Shown: in pieces, positions 1 through 12,439 of the stretch
Numbering within the stretch: position 1 is the first letter of the stretch
How the letters are laid out: every line of letters begins with the position of its first letter
Source of the DNA: Iphione sp. A-MEVVRFRX5
Taxonomy: Eukaryota
Assembly: GCA_976226885.1 (NCBI GenBank)
Contig: OZ320314.1
Location: 101,556,001 to 101,620,000 of the forward strand
Reading direction: 5' to 3'
DNA: 64,000 nucleotides
Notes under the pieces: model-generated
What the model saw: the letters and a program-made list of their open reading frames with translations, nothing else
The model's database searches: none
Told to the model about the DNA's origin: nothing
Position numbers and translations under genes: made by a program

Positions 1-2724
1 CTAGACCTCTTTGGGTGTGTGTGTGAGTGTGTGAGTATTTTGTAACCATAAATCATTACACTGCACCTGTCAGGTTCTTTGTCAGCCTTTATTCAACATT
101 CTGTGACAGCAGTTAGATGAGTCCAAAGAGGATGTTAGAGAGCCTCACTTATATATGCTTCAACTAGCATGATTAACACATACAAACACTGGTAAGAATC
201 TTAGTCAATTAGTGGTACATTGCACTGGGCATTATTTATCGATTTAGAGAATTACATTGCAATAACTCAGCAGAGCCTTACATCAAGTTGACAGGCATTC
301 CCAGAAAGAGTAATGCTATGTCTACCAAGATAAAAGGAATTGCTTGGCTTTAATAGATTCTCTATTTTGTCGCATAGCCAGTCTTTGAATTACAAGCACT
401 AACACAAATTTTCATTTGCTCTCCGATGTCTCATAGGCTATACTTAAAGCATGTATATCTATACACTTTACACAATTGCATTCATGCAGGTATGACAAAT
501 GTTACAATTGACATTTTTCTCAGAAACACCATGTCATCCTTCTATATGGCATGACATTATTTCACAAACAGCAATTTACAAAACACAACTCGGTTACAAA
601 GCATCTCTTTACACTGTGTTTTTTGTACCCATTGCTAAGAACTATGCCCAACTCCGCTAAGAGTGTGTGTTTATTCTGCCGATCACAAAGAATTACACCT
701 AATTCTGTGAGTTTTTGCGTCAATTACAAAGAATTATTACCAGTTTTCTATGCAAATTAGACAAATAATTTAACCATACTAAAATATTAATCTTTTAAAC
801 TATAATTTCCCTATCCTACTTGTCTCTGTCACCCTCCATAGACCAGGGTCCATGCAAATCACACACAATGCTCGTTTTTGGTCTCCGGATGCCTCTGGAC
901 AAGGAGCCCAGAGCACAGAACCCACACGCATGGAAAGATCCCTGCATACTGTAATAAGCATGGTTCAATAATGATGTGAACAAGTCAAAGCCATTCTCAA
1001 AACTGTTTATTTCCTTGTAGTAGTAGTATGTGTTTGTTCCCTGCAGGGGCACAGGTGCTTCACCCAGAGGGCAGCACAATTACTGTTGCTTGCAACTCCT
1101 GAGCAATGTGAGTGGCAGGTGCACCTAGTCATGATGGCTGAGCACTGAGTGACCTCCGAGCATGCTTTGTGCACACAACAAGGGCAGACTATCTGGCTGT
1201 GGTGCCCTCGGCAAGCCCAGCACCTCGACTTTACAGGTTACAGGCTACTGTCCACTATGGGTTAAAGGCTTGTCATAACCTATGGCTGAGCCTACTCCAC
1301 AACTTGAAGGGGGGGGATACGAGTATACCGAAAAACAACCGGCCGAGGGGGACTTACCTCGCTGGAAGATTGCATGGTAACACAAGTGAGCTGGTCTGGC
1401 CTTGGCACAAGCAGTGAAGGGGACCTATCCCACTACATGGCTTCAGCTCATCCAGCAAGTCCCATCTGGGAGGGGAGTCCAGTCAGGGGTAAAGTGTTAG
1501 GCACACTCATGTTCTCGTTTTTCCACCCTTGAGGGTCCTCTGTGTGATTTTTATTTCCTTCAGGTTCAGGTTCTGTGTTGATGTATTGGCGACGTCGGGG
1601 CTTCGCCGATTAGGCAGCCTAATGCAGGAAAGCAAAAGCGTGTGTAGTGTACCGAAGTGCACATGCACTCGCCCCCTCTCGCCAGGGTTACAGTGGGCTG
1701 GGGTTCCCACCGGTGTGCTGCGTATAGTCTTTGCCGGCCAAGGCCAGACTTGAAGTAGGTGGTGGTCATCACTTGGATGTCGAGGATTGCTGGCTTGATC
1801 AACTTTCGGATGCCACACACAACAAACAGTTGCATCCCCCCCCCCAAGTATATTTAACGTCGGGCCAAGGGAAAACGACGGCGGGCGGACTCCGACTTGG
1901 CCGAGAGAGACATAACGATGATTGACAGGTGTCAGCGCAGTGTGAGTGGATGTGCAACCAGGCGTGACGAGCTCATGAGCACCCATCACTCGCCCACCAG
2001 TCCAGTGCAACACCCCCCAGTACAAGGGTTACAGCAGGTGGGTAGCCTGCCGGTGTTCTGGACTATACGTGCAACAAACATAAATGTTCATGAGTTAGGG
2101 ACACCACCCGTTCCTCAGAACTGGCACCACTCAGTTTGGGTTACAGGCTGGTCAGAACCATCGGCCCTGCCTATACGTTGTGCACAAGTGGTGATAGGGT
2201 TTCACTCACACTAACACTAGACACCTACCTCTCAAAGCACATCTGCTCCCTTCCAAGCCGAGGACCGTCCTGAAATATTTTCTTCTAAAACCATGCCTTA
2301 TATAGTCACTCTAAGCATAATTCCACCAATCAGAGGCCTAGCCTCTCCAGTTGACCAGTCAGAAGGTAGTTCCATGGTTTGTAACATTGTATCACTTCAA
2401 AACAATCCTTTTAGATGATGAAAATGAGCATTCTAATAAAGATACAAAATAACAGTCTTTAGAACATTTTTCAGCCAATGGGATCCCCTCCTCCGAATAA
2501 AGAAAGGCTGGGTGATCTATACTCGGTTAATCAGCAAGCCATAACCAAAAAAGGCATATGGGGTGATTTGTGTCCAGTAGTAACTTTACCTTGGGGTTAG
2601 TGGGTACATGTACAGGAAACTGTGCACACAGTGACCTCTTACTTATTGCACTCATTGACTCTTGTTCATGGACTAGGCTTCACACAAGGCCAGCGTGGCC
2701 TTTACAATACTGTCCTCTTGGGTA

Positions 2725-2895
2725 CAGGCCCGTAGCCAAGAAGGTTTCTGGGGGGTATCGGACGATACGCCCAATACCCCACAGGTGAAACTAATTGTTT
2801 TATAACCTTTATGAAAGCCTGTTGGCATAAATGTTTTGGAGGGTATCGGACGATACCCCCCATACACCCCCCCCCCCCCCTTTGCTACAGGCCTG
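2725..2895. mobile_element. Non-autonomous MITE (family A, copy 1), CAGG termini, 5-bp TSD (hAT5-like)
   Basis: Left end CAGGCCCGTAGC (2725), right end GCTACAGGCCTG (ends 2895). Flanked by GGGTA on both sides (2720-2724, 2896-2900). Internal GGGGTATCGGACGATAC motifs are shared with the copies at 3815 and 32554. Confidence 0.8.
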
Positions 2896-3149
2896 GGGTA
2901 AGATAATAAACACGCAACTTAGACCCTGGCGTGGTAGCCAAATACTGCCATTAACACACTTACGTTTGAATAAAATTTCGATTGATCGATCACATTGAAA
3001 AGGAATACCGAAACCGACCTGTTTCGAACAAGTGCGCAAAATATTTTAAAATCTGTCAAGGGAAACGATACAGCAGGCATGATCCCGGGACGGCTACTGT
3101 CATAGTGCTTCCTACCACATTTCCGATGTGATGTTATCCATATGATGTA

Positions 3150-3470
3150 TACACTCACCGTACCGCAAAGAACAAGATCTTTCGGATGGGATTCGGCATT
3201 GATCCAACCGCGTTGATAAAACGCCGGCAACTATCAGAGTCAATCCCTCGTTAAGTGAACCACAACCACCTCGTGTTCCAATTCGTGCCTAGGTGACCCA
3301 CGAGCCGGAACTTCCCGGCTTTTGATTGTCTCGCTTCCCATGACACCAAGGGTTCGCAGGCCGCACCCCACCTCAGCGGTACGTCGACGAAAAATATGAC
3401 CAGGAAGTTGGGCGCAAGGAATTTCCTCCGCCCGTGACCGAGGGTGTGAGTTTGCGATCCGGTAAGAGAA
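3150..3470. promoter_or_regulatory. CpG-enriched putative promoter / first-exon region
   Basis: Local CpG enrichment in an AT-rich background and ETS-like GGAA motifs (CCGGAACTTCCCGG, CAGGAAGT). Outward-facing donor-like sites: minus-strand ACG|GTGAGT near 3158 and plus-strand CCG|GTAAGA near 3460. No downstream gene could be assembled. Confidence 0.3.
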
Positions 3471-3814
3471 ATGAGTTATTCAATGTCCAGGATTCTTATC
3501 ATTTACTGAATGGTAAAAGGTCTTGTCATAATGACAGTGAATGGATCGGCCCGTCTAACCACATCAGAATCGTTTATCCTGGCAACGGAGCCTTTCTTGT
3601 AGGCAAGAACATAGGATGAAGATAGCCGGGAACAAGAGTGGGGAAGGGAGACAGAGAGAGAAAGAAATAGAGAGCAATTAAGAGATGGAGTAGGTGAAGA
3701 AGAGAGAAGGGAGCAGCACTAAGAGAGATATCATGGTAGAAGAGAGGATCTACTGACATGGCATGATTTCTTTCTCTCTGTCTGTCCATCTTTTTTTCTC
3801 TCTCTCTCTCTATA

Positions 3815-3922
3815 CAGGCCCGTAGCCAAGGGGGTATCGGGGGTATCGTCCGATACCCCCCACAGAAGTCAGGAGTTCCACCTCTCTAGGCCTATAGCCA
3901 AGGGTGTATCATGAGAAAGAGG

Positions 3923-3982
<60 letters not shown>

Positions 3983-4081
3983 AAGGAAGGCCTCTGTAAG
4001 CAGGAATTTCACCTCTCTTACCAGGAGTTCCACCTCTCTCATTTAAGATACCCCCCACAAGACTGGCCGGCTACGGGCCTG
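3815..4081. mobile_element. MITE family A, copy 2
   Basis: Perfect 13-bp TIR CAGGCCCGTAGCC / GGCTACGGGCCTG. TSD CTATA (3810-3814, 4082-4086). Contains a (GA)n tract. Confidence 0.85.
3927..3971. repeat. (GA)n microsatellite
   Basis: About 22 uninterrupted GA units, inside MITE copy 2. Confidence 0.95.
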
Positions 4082-4202
4082 CTATATATATATATGCCTC
4101 TCAAGTTACACATATACAGAAGGTCACAGACAGTATACAAGTCACAAAAACAGCAGGTGAAATATAGAGGGAACAACAATCTCAATACAGGTGTTAATTC
4201 CA

Positions 4203-4265
4203 GGGTCCAGTGGGCTAGAGTGCTAGAGAGCACGACAATAGCGAGGCCATGGTTCAATCCCCAGA
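4203..4265 (+). mobile_element. tRNA-derived SINE head (degenerate)
   Basis: A-box-like TGGGCTAGAGTGCTAG and B-box-like GGTTCAATCCC at Pol III type-2 spacing. No complete cloverleaf. Confidence 0.45.
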
Positions 4266-4456
4266 GCCAACAGGCACATCCACGTGATCGATTATTGTTT
4301 GCAGCTTCGGGCGTGACTGGAAATGGTATAAAGTCATAAAGTCTGTAGATACAGAAAACTTCGTTCTGAAGAAGTTTGAGTCTCGGATATACATAAGAGA
4401 ATAATCATAAATACTAAGCATGCCTGACTACAAACTGGTAATCATTTCAACCATAA

Positions 4457-4721
4457 GGCCTAGACTAAAAATGTATCTGTTTTCGGTAAACGGACCGAGC
4501 CTAAATTTGGTCCCAGTGATACTTTTTATCTTTTAATTGTTGTATATGCTATCAGCTTCATTCAGAACCAACCAGTGGAAGTGTAGTGTCAGGCTTGGCG
4601 GATATTGCTTCGACTTCTTAAGTTCCATTGACAATGAAACAAAACAAAAATAAACCCCTACATACCAACCCTCTATTTTTAGTACATGTATGTTACCGGA
4701 AACGCAGATATTTTTTAGGCC
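4457..4721. mobile_element. PIF/Harbinger (Tourist-like) MITE, family B copy 1
   Basis: Ends GGCCTA..AAAA..TATCTG..TTTCGGTAA and GTTACCGGAAACGCAGATATTTTTTAGGCC. TSD TAA/TAA (4454-4456, 4722-4724). A 3-bp TWA TSD is typical of Harbinger. Confidence 0.75.
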
Positions 4722-7700
4722 TAACCAAAGTGTTAGGGCTATATTTTACCCTTGCGGGAGGACTCCCACTTGGCTTGAAAAGTATTATAAGCATACGTAT
4801 CATTGCATTTACTTGGGCATATCTATTTACCTGTAGCATTATACCACGGTTTAAGTTCCTTCCAATTTACTATATTTACATACTTTTTGCTCATAGGCTC
4901 AAACAGGGTCAAAGCTGGCGGCAAAGCTTAAAAGTCGGTTTACAAGTGTGCAGTACACACGAAAAGAGAACGCCGCATGCAGGGAGAGACAAACGTATAA
5001 AGTAAAACCAACGAGAAGCCACAATTTAACAGTATACTGTTCCTTTGTTTAATAATAGAGACGTATATACGACTTAATCTTGGATACGACCTCATGTCGC
5101 ATGATCCTGGGTGCATAGATCTGACATTTAAACAAAACTCTCGAAAACAACAAAAAATATCAGGCGTCGGTCTGAGCAAGTGCATTTGATTCTTCTTCAA
5201 TCTACTTTCTCGAAACATAATCGCCATCGTTTTTTCAAGCCAGAGCTTATCAACAAAAACATTGTCTTTTCCATGATGTCCTAGTCTGTTTGTTCCATAT
5301 GCCTGCTTGTGGCACAGGCGAAGTATGATTCAACTCCGGTGACTGATTGGTTTGTTGCATGTATCAGTTACTGCGACTAAGGTGGGGTTCACATGCATCC
5401 TTATTTTTCTATGTATCCTGACCCATAGATATCTGTTGTATAGTAATCAAAGCATTCACATGTAGCCATAGCCATATTTTCCTACGTCTACGGACCGGTA
5501 GACATAGTTCACCAACCCGTCAGCAATGGATTTTGTATGGCTACAGATCCGTTTTCCATAGAAAGCAATAGTACAGAGAAATCTAGTATACAAATGTGGG
5601 CAATTCATTTACAGATTCAGCACGAGGTAGCTATATATGTGTCCAGACCCGTAGACGGATATTTCATATGGATACATGTGAATCGCCCCCCCCCCCTCCA
5701 AGCAGCTTTAGTATCTTCTGTACATATGGATGTCTAGATAGCAAGTTGCGATTGGGGAGGTACATGTACTTATATTTGACAATTAGGTGGTTTGAGTTTC
5801 TGATGGGTAAGTTTTGATGTTTATTGTTTAGAATAGAACTGAACACTGAGGAGTTCCCTTACGTCTCTTCTTAGTGCTATTGTCTGTCTCATCTATTTCC
5901 CACCTGTATGTGCTTATGTTTAACATTTCCCCCGGTAGGAATAGCGTATGGTAGGACAGGTCTGAAGATAATTGGAGTTGGGGTAGTGGGAAAATCAGAG
6001 AGATCTTTTGTTGACGATAACCGAGGGAAAGGGGCGCCAGGGTCTTCAAGCCATGCTTTAGAAAGCAGTAAATAATTTCAGAGATTCAAATTCAGTTACA
6101 GTGGGACGAAGAAAGTGTTTTCAGATGGTTCATTGTAAATAGCAAATTTGTTTAGACGTTCGCCACGCTTCTTACATTATGATTAAATCAGTGCGTTCCC
6201 TTCACTCAAAGAACTTTTTACTATTAAAATGTGGCAGATCTTGATCAAAAAGGGCATTATTCAAACTTACCAGCTTGTGCTGAATCTTAAAGGCAGATAT
6301 GCTACCCTTTTAACATCCATGTCGCAAAAAATCAACGTTAAATCAATGATCAGCAAAACGTTTGCCGTATTTTTCATGTCTGCATCATACATTGCTTTGC
6401 AAAATGCGACAGGTTGCCCAGCCCTGCCCAACATTAAAGTACATGTACATGCATTCCCTTTACCTACTGTTTTATCGTGCATGAATTTGTTCCCAAGGAT
6501 CTCATTTGAGGGGCGAAACCACACGTGTAAAAACAAATTCACCGTTCGCATGGTAAATATTAATTAAGATAAAGATTTTATAATGTGATAGTTGTCGAAT
6601 ACATGTTACGAAAGTATTGCACTTGGTTAGAGACGGAACTCGACCAAGTCAATGAAAGGGAAGGAGATAATCTTACTCAACCCCACACCTTGGTCTACAC
6701 AATTTTCTGATTTCTTACGAAATATAGAGTGTCGTTAACCAGTAATTCCCATGTCTGTGTGTGCTATCCATCTGTCATCTATCTTGTCTGCCCACTGGGT
6801 ACAGTATCTACGGAAACCCCACATCTGTGTTTATCATCCACCAGTAATAGATCCATCCGTCTATTAATAGGCTACTAACCAAACTTATGTCCGTATTCGT
6901 CATAGTCTATATAGTGTGTTATACATCCGTCCATGATATGGTCGCGGGTCCATCAGTTTCCTCTCAAATTAGGATGTTTCGACTAATAACCTCGTCTGCA
7001 TCCGGCATGCGTCAATTGTCCGTATGTTTTCCGGGGCACATTTATTACATGAACTTAATTGAACTCCGTCATGCACTTCTATGTTATCCGAGAGTCAACA
7101 ATATTCGTCATCAATCTGTCGCTGTGTAAAGGAGTAAGAAGATCACACCCAAAGTTTTTTTATGCACAGACAGACACACAGACAAATGGATGATGGATAT
7201 GCAATGCAGGAAGACAGGTTTCAAGCCTTACATTAGACTTCTACAAACCCCTTGTTTGCATATGTCATCTGGCAACCCGCGCGGTGGTGTGTAGCTTTTC
7301 TGGCATGAATCAATCTTCAACTGAGCAACAGCTGTGTAGACCTGTGCATCATTGGCCCATCAAACGTCCGTTTTCATGTTGAGTTTTTTTCATGGCTCAT
7401 GTAATCGAGTATAATATTTTGCATCTCGTTAAAATTCGTAGTATACCTGTGGTATGTCCTTAGGGCTATCAACATCTCAAAGGTTTTACGTGCACACAAA
7501 TTGGGCCTGCCACTAGACACAGGTTTTAACCTACATTGGGCATTGGCCATAAGGGTTTTAAACTGCTGTGGATGAAAAGACTTTACCGATGTACAGGGGG
7601 GCGGGTAAAGTACCATTCTCCTTCTTTCAATTTCAGGGTGCCCTGAAATATCTTTAGATAGAGAAGTTTGTTTTTTTAAGATACATGTAAATTAGTTTTG

Positions 7701-8421
7701 GCAAGGCAAACACAGAAAACATAAATACATGTTTTCAAAAATGCTTATAGGATGTTCTATTTTGCTAGGGTAAAAAACATTCAAGTATCTTTTAACTGCG
7801 ATGTTTATTTAACATCAACACAAAATTAATGTTAATCATAACATTTAGGCATTGTTAGAATGTAACATTGCCAGATTGTTGTAGTTCAGCCAGTAACATC
7901 TCTAGAGTGTTGTACCTCTGGTTACACTACACAATGACCATAAGATCTTTTAATATGATTTATTCAGAAGTCAAAATAGATGAGCGGGTCAGGTATTGGA
8001 ATTTGAATTAAAGAAATGGTTTAAATCCTATGGAGGGAAGTGAAATCTCAGTAAGATAAAAGAGTACTAAAGAACCTTACAAATGACACTAATATCCATC
8101 AAAAATCTTTATTTCCAATTTATAAATGTTTAAAAAATGTAGATAATTAAACAATATTTTTTAATGTTCCAAATAAGTTGTGAGAAGGTTTGTTAAATTT
8201 TGGCTACAAATGATAAATATTTATGAGAGTTCACTGAGTAGTTAATTAACCACATTGTTCAAACCAAACTCCGAACGGCAAAATCTACATATAATCTACA
8301 ATCTTACATGTAATGGCTTTTTACAATTTGAATTGGTCCCTATGACAGAAAACTTATCAATATTTCTCTGTCACACCTTTCTCCTACAACACGTCACCTG
8401 TCACACTGTCACTATATAATC

Positions 8422-8776
8422 CAGTAGCGTAGGAAGCGGGGGGGCCAGGGGGGCCATGGCCCCCCCACTTAAGAAAGTGGAGGGGCCATCATGTGGTTTG
8501 GCCCCCCACTTTTTGTGTGTGTATAATATTTTTATAATATAATATTATAAAAAATATACAGATTATAGCAAACAAAAAAAATATAAAAAAAAGAAAAAAG
8601 ATCAAATATTTATAATTTAAAGCCCTTCAGATTGCAGTTTTAATAATAAAAAATCCTAAATTTTCTGGCGGCCTTGAGTGGCCCCCAGACCCCCTGATGC
8701 ATAAGCTGCACCTCGGCCCTTCGGGCCTCGACTCAAACTTGGCCACCCCACTTTAATTTTACTTCCTTTACCTCTG
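8422..8776. mobile_element. MITE with CAG termini and 5-bp TSD (family C)
   Basis: Left end CAGTAGCGTAGGAAG, right end CTTCCTTTACCTCTG (imperfect TIR). TSD TAATC (8417-8421, 8777-8781). GC-rich subterminal GGCCCCCC motifs. Confidence 0.7.
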
Positions 8777-9718
8777 TAATCTATGCACATAGCTTAGGCC
8801 CACGCAAAAGCTTTCTTCTGTGTCACTGCCTGCAGGAAAACTGATTGTGCATGATATATTCGATCGTTATCTCAGATATAAACATGCGCTATAGCATTAG
8901 CTTTTAGCAAACATAATTAAATGCTATTTCGTAGACACAGCCCAATGGCAAAATGATATATCAGTCATTTCTAAACCGTTTTATAATCAGTACTTGAAAG
9001 CATGAGTGATCATGAAGGGGATCTACAAGGGCTGCAATTACCGTATTACTACATAGGACAAACCCTTCATACCTCCTTAACAGAAAATCGGAAAACACCC
9101 TGAAGGGCGCTCCTATCCTTGACTATACCACCCCGTCTTGAATTGTAAACATCATAATGATTTCTGAGAATCCTGTACATTAATCTCATTTTCTACGCCA
9201 CGTCTGCAATTTTGTAAAGAACCTTTTCTTGTGGGTTGGCGGGCTTGATGCTAGGTGAGATTTTCAGATAAGGAAAGTACAAACCCGGAAGAAAATTTAA
9301 GGAGTGTAACATAAGGATTGGTTTTAGACTGATACTCATAGTTTTTGCAGCAAGACAAATCCGGGAAAGACTGTGTTCTTTGACATAAAATAGATTGTTG
9401 AAAATACTAACCGCCCAAGGATATACACCCCTGCCATATCATCCCCCTAGTAACCTCTCGTCTCCCTCTGCACATCCCGACCCCCAACTAACGCAATCCC
9501 CCAAATAATGCAGAGAGGGTAGGAATTCATCAAGTACATCTCAGTGGCACCAGTATACGACAGTTAATTGAGTGCACCTCTCTGACACCATTGTATAATA
9601 GAACTTTGTGAGTGTGAGTGCTCTGAGGACAGCTATGCAGGTTATCCAGTACTTTCCTGTGGCACCACCATTTGGGGTAACTCTGTATCTGATCAAGAAG
9701 TGGCTGAGTGTAGGTTAA

Positions 9719-10094
9719 CCCATTCAAGGCTGGAACATGTATCAGGTACACTCACCAGGGGACTAGGATGTCTAGATAGTCACCCCCCCAAAAGACTAGG
9801 GGTTTTTGATAAGGACTGGTACTTTCCATAGAAACATCCTTCAAATACATATCTTATGTGGCTAGTAGTAACATTCTCTCCTGTGAAAATGATTGCCATC
9901 ACTTTCTGTATATTTTGCCCAAAAATTATCAAATTCTATCAAATATTTCCATAGACAGAGTTAATCTAAGTAATGTAAGGGAGAGCTTCTAAAAGATGCC
10001 TCCAGGCATCTTCAGGCCCTTTATGGGGAGTGCCTCCAGGCATCTTCAGGCCCCCCATGGGGAGTGCCTCCAGGCATCTTCAGACCTGAATGGG
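9719..10094. mobile_element. piggyBac-type MITE
   Basis: TTAA|CCCATTCAAGGCTG ... CAGACCTGAATGGG|TTAA, with TTAA at 9715-9718 and 10095-10098. Three internal ~31-bp tandem units containing GCCTCCAGGCATCTTCAG (about 9997-10086). Confidence 0.8.
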
Positions 10095-12439
10095 TTAATG
10101 ATACCACTGAGGCAACCTGTACCAACAAGATCATCATATTACGGGGTGTATTACAAAATTAGGATATCTTTGAGTTTTCAGTGGCACCACCTAAACCACC
10201 TGATGAGTAAGAGATACTATGTGTTGTACTTTGCTGATCCTGTTTGATTAACCCTATCCCGACCACGTCATACACACCCAATACGTGTTATATGCGAGTG
10301 TCTACAGTGAATACAAATGACATTTGGATTTGTCATGCTTAGTATAGGGATATTATGTATGTATAGGCTCAGGAGGAAATTAGCGAATTTAATGATGTAA
10401 TTTTTGAAGTGATTTAATATGTCTTTTGAAAACATGATGATGTAACACAGTTATGAACATGATAATGAAGATGTTGGCAAAACCACTACTTCTTAAGGAG
10501 GATAATTGGGTGTTATGTTGTTATATTGTGTGTGATTGCACAATAAAAGTAACCCTGAAGGGCTAACGGTAATATGATGACATATTGTGTACAGTGTATG
10601 GATAAAAGGATTGTAAGCAATGCCTGCTGCAAAATGACATGCACCCGAAGAAAAATTTTTTGTGTCCTTTCGTAATTTGCATTTCTTCCTATCAGTGAAA
10701 CCAGAGCAAAACAGAGTAGTTCCTGCTTTGTTTGCACAATGATTTGGTATGAAACACGATGTCTTATCAGTGATACGTGTTAACATGATCCTGGATGTGG
10801 GGCACTAGTGACATGAAGGTACTAAAAGACTTTACAACTCATTGTGTTTGTGACAAGCAAAGAATGACCGTATCCACTCCGATTTGGAATATAAGCCTAG
10901 CAGTCCGACGCCGTAGTCAGACTTGCCCTCGGTTGCTGTTGAAGATGCTGACTTGTTGTAACATCTGACACTGAGAAGAAATAAAGGCAGACTCAAACCT
11001 GACTTGCAGTGTTGGCTTTTGTGCTACAATATGATACAATGTAGAAAGTCACATGAGAAAATCTTGCCAAAAGTTAGATCATGAAGCATTACTTGTATTT
11101 TTCGTACAGAAATGTGATTCATAGAGGTATAATGTTTGCAAATAAAATTCTCTCCTAGTGTTTCTGAGCATTTTGGAGTAAATTTATGGTTCTGCATGCA
11201 GTATGTCAGGAATTATTGTTAATTAAAGGTGACAATGTGTATGACTCATCATGACATTGTGAAGTTACGTCATAAGTAAACAACAGTGCGGTGCACATAT
11301 TTACATTAAACATATGGGAAATGTAGTCTACTGCTGAGTTAATGGGCTTTAGGTCTGAATTGATATTATTTATGGTCCATGGAATCATCTAGGACATTTG
11401 TTATTCATCAATACAATAATATTACATAAAAAATACCATGATTCTTGGCATGACATCACAGCTTGCATCGCACAAGGTATCTCCATACAGACAACGTGTT
11501 GCACAAAGATCGTGTTTTTGCTGATTCCAACATGGACCATTTAATTAATGCATATACATCAAGAGGGTAACTTAGAGTTGCACATATAGATCAACCAAGC
11601 AATGTTTTTATGTAGAAATTGCATTAATATTTCTCAAAATACATGGATAATTCCGACCACGTGCTGCCCATGTTGCACGATGTACTTACGTCACGGTTGT
11701 GAGTCTCTCCTGTAAACATATGGGTAGTAGCTGTTCTTCACCATGCAATTATAGGCATGTATTAGAGACAATGATAGTAATATCTACATGTAAATATCAT
11801 GTCTTACATGATAATAAACATCACATACCATTTTATGGATACAAAATGTTGTGGCAATGCTATTTTTTGGTGAATAAATCAATGAATGTATTACATTGCC
11901 AGCCTTGACGTCCCTCCGGGGCTGATTGAGATCATACAGAAGGGATCCTCCTAGCAGGAAATATTTAAGAAGCGGTTCATTGCAGCAAAGGTTAGTGATT
12001 TCTATTCTACCTGATTTGTAAACATATTATACGAACTACATATTAGCATTACCTCATACAACATGTAATACGTGTTACTTGCTTACAGTACTGTGGGGAA
12101 CTTGGCCAGGCTACAAAATGTACACATTCCCTGTGGAGATTCATCAGGCCATAAGAGACAAGTTCGGGAATGAACCAGAAAGTCACTATGATGGGCAATA
12201 CGAAGCCCCATATAAGCTTACTGAAATGATGAATTATCAGTTTCAACATATCTAATGCACATGTTAAAACGGACACAGATCTCTGATGGATGGTATCTTC
12301 TTTTCTCATTTCACAGTTTACCATGTGACATTGGAGGAAATGTCTGTCATCAGTTACCCCAAGATGAAGTAGACAGCAGGAACACATCATGTCATAGCCT
12401 GAGCAGTCTGATGAAGTGTCAGTAATGGCAGATGGTGTA

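Noticed and set aside
280-410. Open minus-strand exon candidate (DWLCDKIENLLKPS...) belonging to a gene starting near 3200
   Set aside because: Its phase is incompatible with the putative first exon at about 3159-3200 and the peptide is not recognisable.
1080-2250. GC-richer segment with several overlapping 60-170 aa ORFs
   Set aside because: No recognisable domain in any frame. Probably an old transposon fragment, but I cannot assign it.
9540-10195. Recurrent GTGGCACCA word around the piggyBac MITE, also in the DIRS ends and the terminal minisatellite
   Set aside because: It is only 9 bp, spacing is irregular and the contexts are unrelated, so it cannot be distinguished from chance.
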